Positions 26,442 through 35,427 are shown, counted from the stretch's first letter. The stretch is 51,163 nt of DNA from Thermoleophilia bacterium (GCA_025923055.1 JAICGP010000001.1:1-51163), one strand, 5' to 3'. Numbers and translations: made by a program. The notes: generated by a model not told the origin, from the sequence alone.

Positions 26442-27707
26442 GTGAACCCGAGGGTCCGCTTCGCCCCCAGCCCGACCGGGCTCCTCCACATCGGCGGCGT
26501 CCGTACAGCGCTCTTCAACTGGCTCTTCGCGCGCCACGAGGGCGGCGAGTTCCTGCTCCGCATCGAGAACACGGACACGAGCCGGGAGGTCGAGGAGTCC
26601 GTCGACCAGATCCAGCGCTCCCTGCGGTGGCTCGGCCTCGACTGGGACGGGGAGGTCGAGTTCCAGCTCGACGGCCTGGAGCGACACAGGGAAGCGGCGC
26701 AGAAGCTCCTCGCCGAGGGTCACGCCTACGAGGACGAGGGCGCGATCCGCTTCCGGATGCCCGACGAGGGGGCGACCGTCTGGGAGGACGCGATCAAGGG
26801 GACGATCTCGTACCCGAACGAGAAGCTCGAGGACCTCGTCCTCCTGCGCTCGGACGGCCGGCCGACCTACAACCTGGCCGCCGCCGTCGACGACGCCGAT
26901 TCGCGAATCACCCACGTCATCCGCGGCGAGGACCACGTCCCCAATACGCCGAAGCAGATCCACATCCTCGAGGCCCTCGGACGCGAGCTTCCCGTCTACG
27001 CCCACGTCCCGAACGTGTTCGGGACGGACGGCCGCAAGCTCTCGAAGCGCCACGGCGCGGTCTCGGTGGAGGAGTTCCGGGCGGAGGGCTACGTGGCGCC
27101 CGCGCTCATGAACTACCTCGCGCTCCTCGGCTGGAGCTACGACGACCGTACGACGGTGATGTCGCGTGACGAGCTCGTCGAGCGGTTCGGGCTCGAGCGG
27201 GTGGGCTCCAGCCCGGCGACGTTCGACTACGAGAAGCTCATGTGGCTCAACGGCGTGCATCTTCGCGAGCTGCCCGCCGAGGTGTACGCGGAGACCCTCG
27301 TCGCGTACCTCGCCGAAGCGGGCTTCGACGGTGACGAGGAGACGATCCGGGCGTCCGCGCCGCTCGTGCAGACGAAGATCGCGACGCTCGCCGAGTACCC
27401 GTCGTTCGCCGGCTTCCTCTTCCGCAGGGTCGCGCCGCCGCACGAGCTGCTGGACGGCGCCGGGGACCTCCTCGCGCGGGCGCGCGAGGCGCTCGCGGGC
27501 GTGGAGCCGTTCACGGCAGCGGTAATCGAGGAGGCCCTGCGCGCGCTGGCGGAGGAGCTGGAGCTGAAGCCGCGGCAGGCGTTCGGCCCCATCCGGGCGG
27601 CGGTGACCGGCTCGCGAATCTCGCCCGGGCTCTTCGAGAGCCTCGAGCTGCTCGGGCGCGAGGAGTCGCTCGCACGCTTGGACGCGGCGATCGCCGTCGC
27701 GGCGTGA
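26442..27707 (+). CDS. gltX: glutamate--tRNA ligase
   Basis: RFAPSPTGLLHIGGVRTALFNW (HIGH motif) and KLSKRHG (KMSKS). 421 aa, somewhat short at the C-terminus. Confidence 0.93.
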   Translation: MNPRVRFAPSPTGLLHIGGVRTALFNWLFARHEGGEFLLRIENTDTSREVEESVDQIQRSLRWLGLDWDGEVEFQLDGLERHREAAQKLLAEGHAYEDEGAIRFRMPDEGATVWEDAIKGTISYPNEKLEDLVLLRSDGRPTYNLAAAVDDADSRITHVIRGEDHVPNTPKQIHILEALGRELPVYAHVPNVFGTDGRKLSKRHGAVSVEEFRAEGYVAPALMNYLALLGWSYDDRTTVMSRDELVERFGLERVGSSPATFDYEKLMWLNGVHLRELPAEVYAETLVAYLAEAGFDGDEETIRASAPLVQTKIATLAEYPSFAGFLFRRVAPPHELLDGAGDLLARAREALAGVEPFTAAVIEEALRALAEELELKPRQAFGPIRAAVTGSRISPGLFESLELLGREESLARLDAAIAVAA

Positions 27708-27717
27708 GGGCCGGGAT

Positions 27718-28320
27718 CTAGGGGCGGTAGAGGACGAAGCCGCCCGCGAAGAGGGCGAGGCCCGCCGCCCAGACCGGCCAGGCGGCCAGGACGGCGCCGG
27801 CCGTGAAGAGGAAGGCGCCGCCGATCACGAGGCCCGTCGCCACGAGCGCCGAGACCGACGGAAGCTCGCGGGCGCGTCGGCGCCGTGGCGGAGGCTCCGG
27901 ATCCCCGTCCGACCCGATCGTCACCGTCGCGCTCTCGATGGCGCGCAGGCGCGCGAGGCGCACGCGGAAGAGCGCTCCTCGCCACTCGGGCAGGAGCGGG
28001 TCGACGAGGTCGAAGTCGCCCACCTCGAGCGCGTTGCCCACCTCGGCGGTCACGTCCCGCGCCTGGGCGAGCGAGGTGACGAGCTCCTCGTGCAGCTCTT
28101 CGGCGCCGTGCGGCGGGTCGATCCCGACCGCCAGCTCCGCGCCCGCGTGGAGCCCGTACTGGAGGTGGGGGAGCTCGTCGAGGAACTCGTCCGTGGCGGC
28201 CTCGGCCGGCGACTCGGCCACACGCTCGAGGCGCACGAGCGCTGCGCCGACGCTCTCCCAGAGGTGCGAGACGGCTTCCGTGTAGCCGTGCGGCTCTCCC
28301 CTACGAACCGTCCGCTCCAT
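27718..28320 (-). CDS. hypothetical membrane-anchored protein
   Basis: 200 aa. It has a soluble acidic N-domain and two C-terminal TM helices (VSALVATGLVIGGAFLFTAGAVLAAWPVWAAGLALFAGGFVLY). Confidence 0.6.
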   Translation of the reverse strand: MERTVRRGEPHGYTEAVSHLWESVGAALVRLERVAESPAEAATDEFLDELPHLQYGLHAGAELAVGIDPPHGAEELHEELVTSLAQARDVTAEVGNALEVGDFDLVDPLLPEWRGALFRVRLARLRAIESATVTIGSDGDPEPPPRRRRARELPSVSALVATGLVIGGAFLFTAGAVLAAWPVWAAGLALFAGGFVLYRP

Positions 28321-28355
28321 CGGTGGCGCATCATACGCGGTTACACTCGACCCGG

Positions 28356-28757
28356 ATGGACGCCCAGGTCCGCCGGCTGGTCGTCGTCGCGGACGACGAC
28401 GACGCGATCCGCCTCCTCTGCCGCCTGAACCTCGAGCTCGAGGGCTACCGGGTCGAGGAAGCCGTCAGCTCGCAGGAGCTGGCGAAGGTGACCGACGCCG
28501 AAGACGTGGCGCTCGTCATCCTCGACATCCACCTCGGCGCTGAGGACGGGCTCGACGTGGCCCGCGGGCTGCGCGAGCGGCGGCCCGAGATACCGATCGC
28601 CTTCCTCTCCGGGAGCGTCGACTTCGGCGAGCGGGCCCGCATGCTCGCCGACGCCTCCATTCGCAAGCCGTTCACGCTCGAGGAGCTGATCGGGACGGTG
28701 CACCGGTTGGCTCGGGGCTCGGCTCCTCCGGCTGCGCACCCGGACGCGACCTCCTGA
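28356..28757 (+). CDS. stand-alone response-regulator receiver domain protein
   Basis: Acidic pocket VVVADDDD, phospho-acceptor context LVILDIHL, conserved K (SIRKPF). ATG 28356 is preferred over the track GTG 28323. Confidence 0.8.
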   Translation: MDAQVRRLVVVADDDDAIRLLCRLNLELEGYRVEEAVSSQELAKVTDAEDVALVILDIHLGAEDGLDVARGLRERRPEIPIAFLSGSVDFGERARMLADASIRKPFTLEELIGTVHRLARGSAPPAAHPDATS

Positions 28758-29694
28758 TCTCGGTTTCGGCGTCGCGCACGTGCCCGCGCCAGCGGAGCGT
28801 GCCGAGCATGAGCAGGATCGCCCCGAACCCGAGCGCGACGTTCACGATCGTGACGACGAGCTGCTGGCCGAAGCTGAAGGCGAGGATCGTGCTCGACGAG
28901 GCGGCGCCGGCGAGCGCGAACACGAGGATCGCCTGCTGCGTGCCCGCGCCGCCGGGCGTGAACGGGAGCACGGTCGAGAGCCCGCCGACGACCAGCACCG
29001 CGAGGGTCGTCTCCACGGTCGCGTCGACGTGGAAGGCGCGCAGGAAGAAGAAGGTCGACGCGATGCGCGCCACCCAGCTCGCCGCCTGCCACGACACGAC
29101 GTCCCGGAAGTAGACGCGGCGGTCGCGGAGGATCGCGAAGCCCTGCGCCACCTTCTGACGAAAGGCGGTCACGTGCCGAGAGGCCCAGCCGATCAGGAGG
29201 ATGAGGCCGCCGAGGAGCACGCAGCCGAGGAAGGCCGCGATCCGCGGGTGCTCGACGACGAACGTCCAGTCGAAGGCGGGGATCCGGGGCAGGTCGGGGA
29301 CGCCGGGGAGGAGCCCCATCTGCACGGCCCAGAGGAAGAGGAACGTGGCGACGACGAAGTCGAAGAGCGTCTCGACGACGAGGCTCGAGGTCAGGGTCGG
29401 GTAGGTCGAGCCCTCGACGCGGTGCTTCGCGAGGTAGAGCTTGACGACGTCGCCGCCGCGCGCCGGCACGATCGCGTTGACGCCGACTCCCGCCATGTAC
29501 GCGCCGAAGACGCTGCGATAGGGCACGCGCGCCCCGGGGTAGGCGGCGCGGATGATGTTCTGCCAGCCGCGCACGCGCAGGACGAGGCGGAGCAGGTGGA
29601 AGAGCACGGCCAGCGTGAGCGCGCCCCAAGCCACCGCGGCGAGCGCCTCGAAGAACGCCTCGGAGGCGTCCAGGAACCCGCGTACGTCGTCCAC
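28672..29694 (-). CDS. flippase-like / lysylphosphatidylglycerol-synthase TM-domain protein (UPF0104-like)
   Basis: 340 aa, about 8 TM. RVRGWQNIIRAAYPG...GAYMAGVGVNAIVPARGGDVVKLYL is characteristic of this family. Confidence 0.8.
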   Translation of the reverse strand: MDDVRGFLDASEAFFEALAAVAWGALTLAVLFHLLRLVLRVRGWQNIIRAAYPGARVPYRSVFGAYMAGVGVNAIVPARGGDVVKLYLAKHRVEGSTYPTLTSSLVVETLFDFVVATFLFLWAVQMGLLPGVPDLPRIPAFDWTFVVEHPRIAAFLGCVLLGGLILLIGWASRHVTAFRQKVAQGFAILRDRRVYFRDVVSWQAASWVARIASTFFFLRAFHVDATVETTLAVLVVGGLSTVLPFTPGGAGTQQAILVFALAGAASSSTILAFSFGQQLVVTIVNVALGFGAILLMLGTLRWRGHVRDAETEIRRSRPGAQPEEPSPEPTGAPSRSAPRA

Positions 29695-29766
29695 TCTCTG
29701 ACCTTAGCGCCGGGGCGTGCTGGCGGCTCACGCGCCGCCGAGCTCGCGGTAACGCGCGATGGGTAG

Positions 29767-31857
29767 TCAGGAGGCGGCGGGAACCTCGCGGAGCACGGGC
29801 TCGTCGCCGTCGCCGTCCACGACGTAGAGGTGGACGGCGTTCTCGCCGGGACGGAGCGCCTCCTCCGGAACGAGCGCGGAGACGAGCGTCTCGCCGTGAA
29901 ACTCGAAGGTCCGGGTCGTCGCGGCGATGCGCCCGTTCACGGCGACGGCGACGTCGAGCCCGCCCGGCACCCCGCGGATCGATCCGTAGACACGCACCGG
30001 CGCAAACGCCGAGTCTGGGTCGTACCGCGTCTCTCCCCGGCTCTCGAAGGCGATCCCGCCGGGGGCCGACACGGCCAGCGCGTCGACGCGCGCGCCGATC
30101 AGGTCGGGGCGCGGCCCGGCGGCGTAGAGGCCGGGGGCGTCGTCGCGGTCGCCGAAGAGCTCCACCTGGCGGGCGAGCACCTCGTCGCGCTGGGCGACGA
30201 GCTCGTCGACGTCGCCGCTGACGCGCTCGCCCGACGCCGTGTCCACGACGACCCCGGGCTCCTCCGGCAGGTCGTCCTCGGCCAGCGAGCGCCCGTCCGT
30301 CTCCCAGGGGACCTCGACGCCGAGCAGGTCGGCGATCGTCGGCAGGACGTCCAGGGTGGTGACGTGCTCGTCGACGACGCGCCCCGCGGTCTGGCCGGGC
30401 GCCTTCACGAGCAGCGGGACGAGCGCGATCTCCGCCATGTTGCCGCTGTGGATGCGGCGGCGCTCGCCGTGCGGCCGGAAGCTGGCACCGTGGTCCGCGA
30501 CGACGACCACGACGGCGTCGTCGTACGCGCCGGCCGCCTCGAGCCGGTCGAGGATCCGCCCCAGCACGAGATCGACGTAGCCGACCTGCAGGAGGTGACG
30601 CTGCTGCGCCTGGACGGCGAGCTCGGGGTCGCCGACCCAGCGCTCGTTCACCATCCCCGGCTGTGTGCCGAGGTCGCTCGCGTACGCCTTCCCGTTCGGG
30701 AGGTACTCCCAGGGGTGGTGCGGCAGGAGCGTGTGCAGGAACCAGAGCGTCGGCTCCTCGGTCGGCCCGATCCGCTCGACGAACTGCCGTACCTGGCCGT
30801 CCCGGCCGATGTAGTCGGCGGCGCGCCCGCCCGGCTCGGTCGGGCCGCGCTGGAGCCGCACGACGGGCCCCTCTTCGGCGCCGAAGTCGCGCCATGACGA
30901 GGAGACGGAGGGGAGGCGCGCGCTCACGTCCTCGGGCAGGACGAGGTGGCCGTAGACGACGGAGAGATCCGAGAGGAGCGAGCCGACGCGCCGGGCGAGC
31001 GGCTCCCGGTCGTCGTCGCAGAGGTCGTCCGGGCAGAGGTGCGTCTGCGACTCCGTCACGCGCAGGCGGTAGCCGCCGCCGAGGAGCGTGAAGAGGTTGT
31101 CCGGGTGGTCGAGGTAGAGCGGAAGGTCGTCGGCCTCGGGGCGGACGCCCGTGAGGATCGCGGGCACGGCGGCGGTCGTCCACTCGTGCACGGTGGTCGC
31201 GTTGCGGTACCAGGTCGCGTCGGCGGCCAGCCGCGCGAAGCTCGGGTAGCGCACCGGGTCGATGCCGCCCTCGGCGTCCAGCAGCGAGACCGTCGGCAGC
31301 TCGTCGAGGACGACCATGACGACCGGCGCGGTCGCGGGGACCTCGGCCAGGCGCGGCTCCGGCGCCCCCGAGAGGACCAGCTTGGAGGCGGGCGAAGCCA
31401 GGAGGAAGAGGCCGGCGAAGACGAGCGGCGCCGCGCCGAGCACCGAGGCGAGCATCCGTGCCGGCCGGACTGCCGCGTACGCGGCGGCGGCCGTCAGCCC
31501 CGCCGCCGCGGCCGCCGCGAGCACGGCGGCAGTGCCCCAGTCTGCCGTCCTCAGGAGCTGGAGGACGACGAGAGCGACGAGCGCGGCGACGAACACGAGG
31601 TGGAGGACGGTCGCCGCCCGCCGGCCGGCCAGCCCCGCGACCGCCTCGGCGGCGACGAGCACGAGCGGTGCGAGGACGACGATCCCGACCGCGAAGAGGA
31701 CGATGTCCCAGCGGGTCGCCCCGCGGACGGCGAAGAACTCGGGGTTGCGCGCCAGCAGGTCGAAGAGCGGCTGCGCGACGGCGAACGCGGCGAGCCCCGC
31801 GAGATGGAGGGCCGCGACGCGGAACGACCCGGGCGGGTCAGGAGGGCGGGAGCGCAC
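29767..31857 (-). CDS. membrane-anchored sulfatase-fold (alkaline phosphatase superfamily) transferase, LtaS/EptA-like
   Basis: About 5 N-terminal TM helices. Catalytic domain has the metal site VVMVVLDELP, the nucleophile region HEWTTAAVPAILTG, and VVADHGASF. Confidence 0.85.
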   Translation of the reverse strand: MRSRPPDPPGSFRVAALHLAGLAAFAVAQPLFDLLARNPEFFAVRGATRWDIVLFAVGIVVLAPLVLVAAEAVAGLAGRRAATVLHLVFVAALVALVVLQLLRTADWGTAAVLAAAAAAGLTAAAAYAAVRPARMLASVLGAAPLVFAGLFLLASPASKLVLSGAPEPRLAEVPATAPVVMVVLDELPTVSLLDAEGGIDPVRYPSFARLAADATWYRNATTVHEWTTAAVPAILTGVRPEADDLPLYLDHPDNLFTLLGGGYRLRVTESQTHLCPDDLCDDDREPLARRVGSLLSDLSVVYGHLVLPEDVSARLPSVSSSWRDFGAEEGPVVRLQRGPTEPGGRAADYIGRDGQVRQFVERIGPTEEPTLWFLHTLLPHHPWEYLPNGKAYASDLGTQPGMVNERWVGDPELAVQAQQRHLLQVGYVDLVLGRILDRLEAAGAYDDAVVVVVADHGASFRPHGERRRIHSGNMAEIALVPLLVKAPGQTAGRVVDEHVTTLDVLPTIADLLGVEVPWETDGRSLAEDDLPEEPGVVVDTASGERVSGDVDELVAQRDEVLARQVELFGDRDDAPGLYAAGPRPDLIGARVDALAVSAPGGIAFESRGETRYDPDSAFAPVRVYGSIRGVPGGLDVAVAVNGRIAATTRTFEFHGETLVSALVPEEALRPGENAVHLYVVDGDGDEPVLREVPAAS

Positions 31858-33487
31858 GGTAGAGGATCCGTGTCCCGGACGGAAGCGGCTCGCGCCGCTC
31901 GATCCGCCAGCGCTCGCCGAGCGCCCGCTCGAAGGTCTCGGTCTCGTAGTCGGGGTTCGCCCCGGGGCCCTTGCGGTCGAGGAGGCGCTTCACCATCGGG
32001 TCGTCGCGCGTCGGGAACTCGATCACGAGCGCCGTGTCGAGCCCGGCGAGCCAGTCGAGGAGCTCGCGGAGCGGGACGTTCGCCGAGAGCGCGACGTGGT
32101 GGACGAGCGCCAGGCACAGAACCGAGTCCGGCCGGCCGCGATCGGCGAGCGGCCTGCGCTCCTCGCCGCGCCAGCCCAGGCCGGGGGAGGGGTCGGCGAC
32201 GTCGCCGACGAGGGGGAGGATCGTGCCCGCTCCCTCGTCGCGAAGCGCCCGGTAGAGCGCCTCCACGACCCCGGCGTCGGCGTCGACGGCGACCGCGTAG
32301 TCGGCCTCTGCAGCGGCGATCCGCGTGTAGCGGCCGTCGTTGCAGCCCAAGTCCCAGAGGAGCCTGCTGCGGCGAGCGCCGGCCGCCGAGCGCACGAACT
32401 CCTCCTTCGCGGCGGCGTCGGCCTCGTCGTACGGGTTCGCCTCCCCGTAGCCGGACCAGGCGGTGCGGCCCGCGTCCCAGCGGAGCCCTCTCACGAGCTT
32501 GCGCAGCTTGCGCGCGTTGGCGCGGATCAGCTCGGCGTGGAAGCCGGCCTGGCGCAGCTCGCGCCTGGCGTCGCGGTCGGCGTAGCGGTCCTCCAGGCGC
32601 GCGTGGAGGATCACGTTCGTCAGGACGCCGCGCCGGAAGCGGTCGCGGAAACCCATGAGCCTCCGCATCTCGGCCGGCTGGATTCCCTCCAGCGACCCGC
32701 GCAGCCACGGCTGGAAGGGGACGCCCTTGTACGCCTGCAGGAGGAGCGGGTAGAGGACGAGCGTGCAGAACTGACGGTAGCCCGCCCACGGCTCGCCCTC
32801 CCGCAGGCGCTCGAACGAGCCCACGTCGACGAAGACCGGACGGGTGCCGCGCCACTGGACGTTGTAGGGGCTCGCGTCCTTGAGGACGAGGCCCTCGTCC
32901 AGGGCGTCGAGCAGGAGGTCGAGCTCGAGGAGCGCGGCGTCCCGCAGCATCCCGAACGTCCACTCGTACGGGTAGGAGACGAAGGGGACGCGCTCGTGGC
33001 GGAGGACCGCCGCCACGCGGCTCTCCGCGAGCTCGGCCGGGAGCGCGCTCGGGTCCGCCACACGCTCGGTCGCGATCACGCTTCCGTCGGCGACGCGCGC
33101 GTCGAAGAGCCGGGAGGCGGCGAGCGCCTCCCAGTCGGCGAGACCGCGGTCGGAGAGGGCGCGCAGGACGGTGTCACCGGCGTAGAAGACGCGGCTCTCC
33201 GGGTCGCGAAACGAGCCTCGCTCGACCCGAGGCGCCGCCTCGCCTACCGGTCGTCGTTCTTCCGGATGCGCAGGAACCCGAGGAACCGCCGCCAGTAGAG
33301 CTTGCCCACGACCGCGGCGGCCGCGACGCCGCCGACGATCGCCTGGAGGATCATCGATCCCGAGCCGGGATCCAGGTATGCGACCAGGCCGCTCATCTGA
33401 AGCCTGGAGAATAGCCGCGCGGCCGGGGCGGCGAGCCGACCGGCGTTCTTGACAAGAGTCTCGTGAAGTTCGACATTCTCGTTGCAA
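31838..33487 (-). CDS. class I SAM-dependent methyltransferase with an N-terminal accessory domain (5' boundary unresolved)
   Basis: C-terminal SAM fold (LLWDLGCNDGRYT...AVAVDAD...VGDVADP). Coding-type GC3 in this frame starts only near 33245. The maximal ORF start is TTG 33487, but codons 33246-33487 look non-coding (see finding). Confidence 0.8.
   Translation of the reverse strand: MQRECRTSRDSCQERRSARRPGRAAILQASDERPGRIPGSRLGIDDPPGDRRRRRGRRGRGQALLAAVPRVPAHPEERRPVGEAAPRVERGSFRDPESRVFYAGDTVLRALSDRGLADWEALAASRLFDARVADGSVIATERVADPSALPAELAESRVAAVLRHERVPFVSYPYEWTFGMLRDAALLELDLLLDALDEGLVLKDASPYNVQWRGTRPVFVDVGSFERLREGEPWAGYRQFCTLVLYPLLLQAYKGVPFQPWLRGSLEGIQPAEMRRLMGFRDRFRRGVLTNVILHARLEDRYADRDARRELRQAGFHAELIRANARKLRKLVRGLRWDAGRTAWSGYGEANPYDEADAAAKEEFVRSAAGARRSRLLWDLGCNDGRYTRIAAAEADYAVAVDADAGVVEALYRALRDEGAGTILPLVGDVADPSPGLGWRGEERRPLADRGRPDSVLCLALVHHVALSANVPLRELLDWLAGLDTALVIEFPTRDDPMVKRLLDRKGPGANPDYETETFERALGERWRIERREPLPSGTRILYRALPPS
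33244..33396 (-). CDS. 50-aa single-TM mini-protein (MSGLVAYLDPGSGSMILQAIVGGVAAAAVVGKLYWRRFLGFLRIRKNDDR)
   Basis: ATG 33396 to TAG 33244, absent from the ORF track (under 60 aa). It has strong GC3 bias in this frame where the overlapping methyltransferase frame has poor GC3. The N-terminus is LDPGSGS-LQ type. Confidence 0.5.
   Translation of the reverse strand: MSGLVAYLDPGSGSMILQAIVGGVAAAAVVGKLYWRRFLGFLRIRKNDDR
33449..33477 (+). promoter_or_regulatory. candidate promoter TTGACA-17 nt-GACATT for the lipoprotein gene
   Basis: Perfect -35 at 33449-33454, a 17-nt spacer, and GACATT at 33472-33477, 17 nt before ATG 33495. Confidence 0.35.
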
Positions 33488-33494
33488 GCCGTCG

Positions 33495-34703
33495 ATGCGC
33501 TCGCTCGCCTGTCTGTTCCTGGCCGTCTGCGCGCTCCTCGCGGGGGCGTGCGGGGGCGACGACGACCCGACCGCCGAGGACCCCTCCGCGGCCTCGTGCG
33601 AGGGGGACGAGCACGCCGTCTTCTGGGGCGCGCGCCTGTGGCTCGAGCTCGGCGAGGCGCTCGCGAACGACGCCTCGCCCTGCAGCGAGTACTACATCTC
33701 CATCCCGCCGGAGGACGAGGACAAGACGGTGCTGCGCGGACGCGCCCAGTTCGACCGGATCAGGGCGCTCGACCCGCGGATCCATCCGGTCGCGGAGATC
33801 AGGTGGACGTCTCCGGAGGGCTGGCGCGAATGGGTGCTCCGGAACGGAGGCGACTTCTACGAGGGAGGCGTCACGGCGAGGCGGCGGATGCGGGAGCGAG
33901 GGCTCGACGTCGCGGCCGGGGAGACGTGGGCGTTCAACGAGCTGGACGAGGTGGTCCTCGAAGGCGCTCCCGGCGCGCGCGCCGAGGTGCTCGAGTTCAT
34001 GCGCGGCCTCCACGACGGCGAGCCGGGCATGCCGAAGGCGCGCGGAATCGTCTTCAACATCCGGATTCCGTCGGATGCGGCTCCGGCCGAGGTGGCGGCG
34101 TACAAGGAGAGCCTCCAGGCGTGGCTGACGGACGAGCCGTTCTGGAGCGAAGTCGACGGCTACGTCGACTTCTTCGCGAACGAGGTGTATCCCAGCTCCA
34201 CGAACTGGGGCGTGGGCGGCGCGTCCCTCGAGGAGAGGGCCGAGCACCTGAACGCCTACCTCCAGCACATGACGGCGCTGGCGGAGGCCGGCCCGGAGAG
34301 CGCCGAGGCTGCGCGGCGGTTCCTGCGCCGCGCGCACCTCCCGCTCGCGAATGCGGCCTGGCCGAGCGAGGTGATCGGGGCCACCGACACGCTCTCCGCC
34401 GAGACGATGGCGCACTTCGTCTCGACCCAGGTCTATGCGATCCGCGAGTACGCCGGCTCGCATCCGGAGACCGCGCAGGGCAGGCTGGGCTTCGCCTGGG
34501 CTCCTCTGGCGGAGATCGACGGCTACACCGAGGAAGGGAAGGATCTGCTCCGCGAGCGGCTCGCGAGCGCGATCCGCGAGTCGTCTGGGACCGGCTCCCC
34601 GATGGGTGCCTGCGGCACTCCGGACGAGCAGGTGTGGTGCGAGGGGGACGTTCCGGGGGCGACGTTCGCCGAGGTCTGGGCCACCTTCTCCGAGTGGGAG
34701 TAA
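33495..34703 (+). CDS. putative secreted lipoprotein, function unknown
   Basis: Signal peptide with a lipobox-like LLAGAC followed by GGDDD. 402 aa acidic protein, no family recognised. Confidence 0.7.
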   Translation: MRSLACLFLAVCALLAGACGGDDDPTAEDPSAASCEGDEHAVFWGARLWLELGEALANDASPCSEYYISIPPEDEDKTVLRGRAQFDRIRALDPRIHPVAEIRWTSPEGWREWVLRNGGDFYEGGVTARRRMRERGLDVAAGETWAFNELDEVVLEGAPGARAEVLEFMRGLHDGEPGMPKARGIVFNIRIPSDAAPAEVAAYKESLQAWLTDEPFWSEVDGYVDFFANEVYPSSTNWGVGGASLEERAEHLNAYLQHMTALAEAGPESAEAARRFLRRAHLPLANAAWPSEVIGATDTLSAETMAHFVSTQVYAIREYAGSHPETAQGRLGFAWAPLAEIDGYTEEGKDLLRERLASAIRESSGTGSPMGACGTPDEQVWCEGDVPGATFAEVWATFSEWE

Positions 34704-34803
34704 CTGAGGGCGCCGTGCGGCGCCGCTAGCCTCGCGGGTCGCCGCCGATGACGTCGCGGCGACGGCGAGGGTCTACACGGCAACCTCGACACGGAGGCGA
34801 GGA

Positions 34804-35352
34804 ATGGGAGCGATACACGTGCACGAGTTCATGAGCCTCGACGGCGTGATCGACGCGCCGACGTGGACGTTCGACTACGGCTTCCACCCCAGGATGGGGG
34901 AGGCCATCGGCGCGGTCACGGAGCGTTCCGGGGGGATCCTGCTCGGGCGCACGACCTACGAGATGTTCGAGCCTGCCTGGTCGACGCGGACGGTGGAGGA
35001 CGATCCAGGGTCGCCGTTCTTCAACGACACGACCAAGTACGTCGTCTCCTCGACGCTCACGACCGCGACCTGGAGGAACTCGGAGATCGTCGGCCCGTAC
35101 GACCCCGACGCGATCCGTAGGCTGAAGGACGAGGTCGACGGGCACCTCTACGTGAGCGGCAGCGGCATGCTGGTGCGGGCATTGCTCGCGGACGGCCTGG
35201 TCGACGAGCTGCACCTCTTCGTCTACCCGCTCACGCGCGGCCCCGGCCCGCGGCTCTTCCCCGAGGACGCGGCGCCGACCAGCCTTTCGCTCGCGGCCTT
35301 CGAGTCATACGAGAACGGCGTGCTCTATGTGGCCTACCGCCCGATGCCGTGA
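34804..35352 (+). CDS. dihydrofolate reductase-family protein (RibD C-terminal domain type)
   Basis: 182 aa. Contains FMSLDGVIDAP, LLGRTTYEMF, KYVVSSTL, HLYVSGSGMLVRALLADGLVDELHLFVYP. Confidence 0.85.
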   Translation: MGAIHVHEFMSLDGVIDAPTWTFDYGFHPRMGEAIGAVTERSGGILLGRTTYEMFEPAWSTRTVEDDPGSPFFNDTTKYVVSSTLTTATWRNSEIVGPYDPDAIRRLKDEVDGHLYVSGSGMLVRALLADGLVDELHLFVYPLTRGPGPRLFPEDAAPTSLSLAAFESYENGVLYVAYRPMP

Positions 35353-35427
35353 GACGCGACCAGAGCCGGATGCTGACGATCCAGCGGACTTCGACGAGGC
35401 GGGGTGAATCGCGCCGGGGGTTCGCGT

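Noticed and set aside
26438-26447. CCGGGTGAAC at the gltX start, identical to the right half of the recurrent palindrome.
   Set aside because: The left half (GATAAC) does not complete the palindrome, there is no properly spaced third box, and the match includes the GTG start codon. It is likely chance in GC-rich sequence.
35402-35407. Isolated GGGTGA boxes at 35402-35407 (between two gene 3' ends) and 15425-15430 (upstream of marR).
   Set aside because: These are single hexamers without the palindrome. A 6-mer is expected by chance many times in 51 kb. The marR one is mentioned only as a note.
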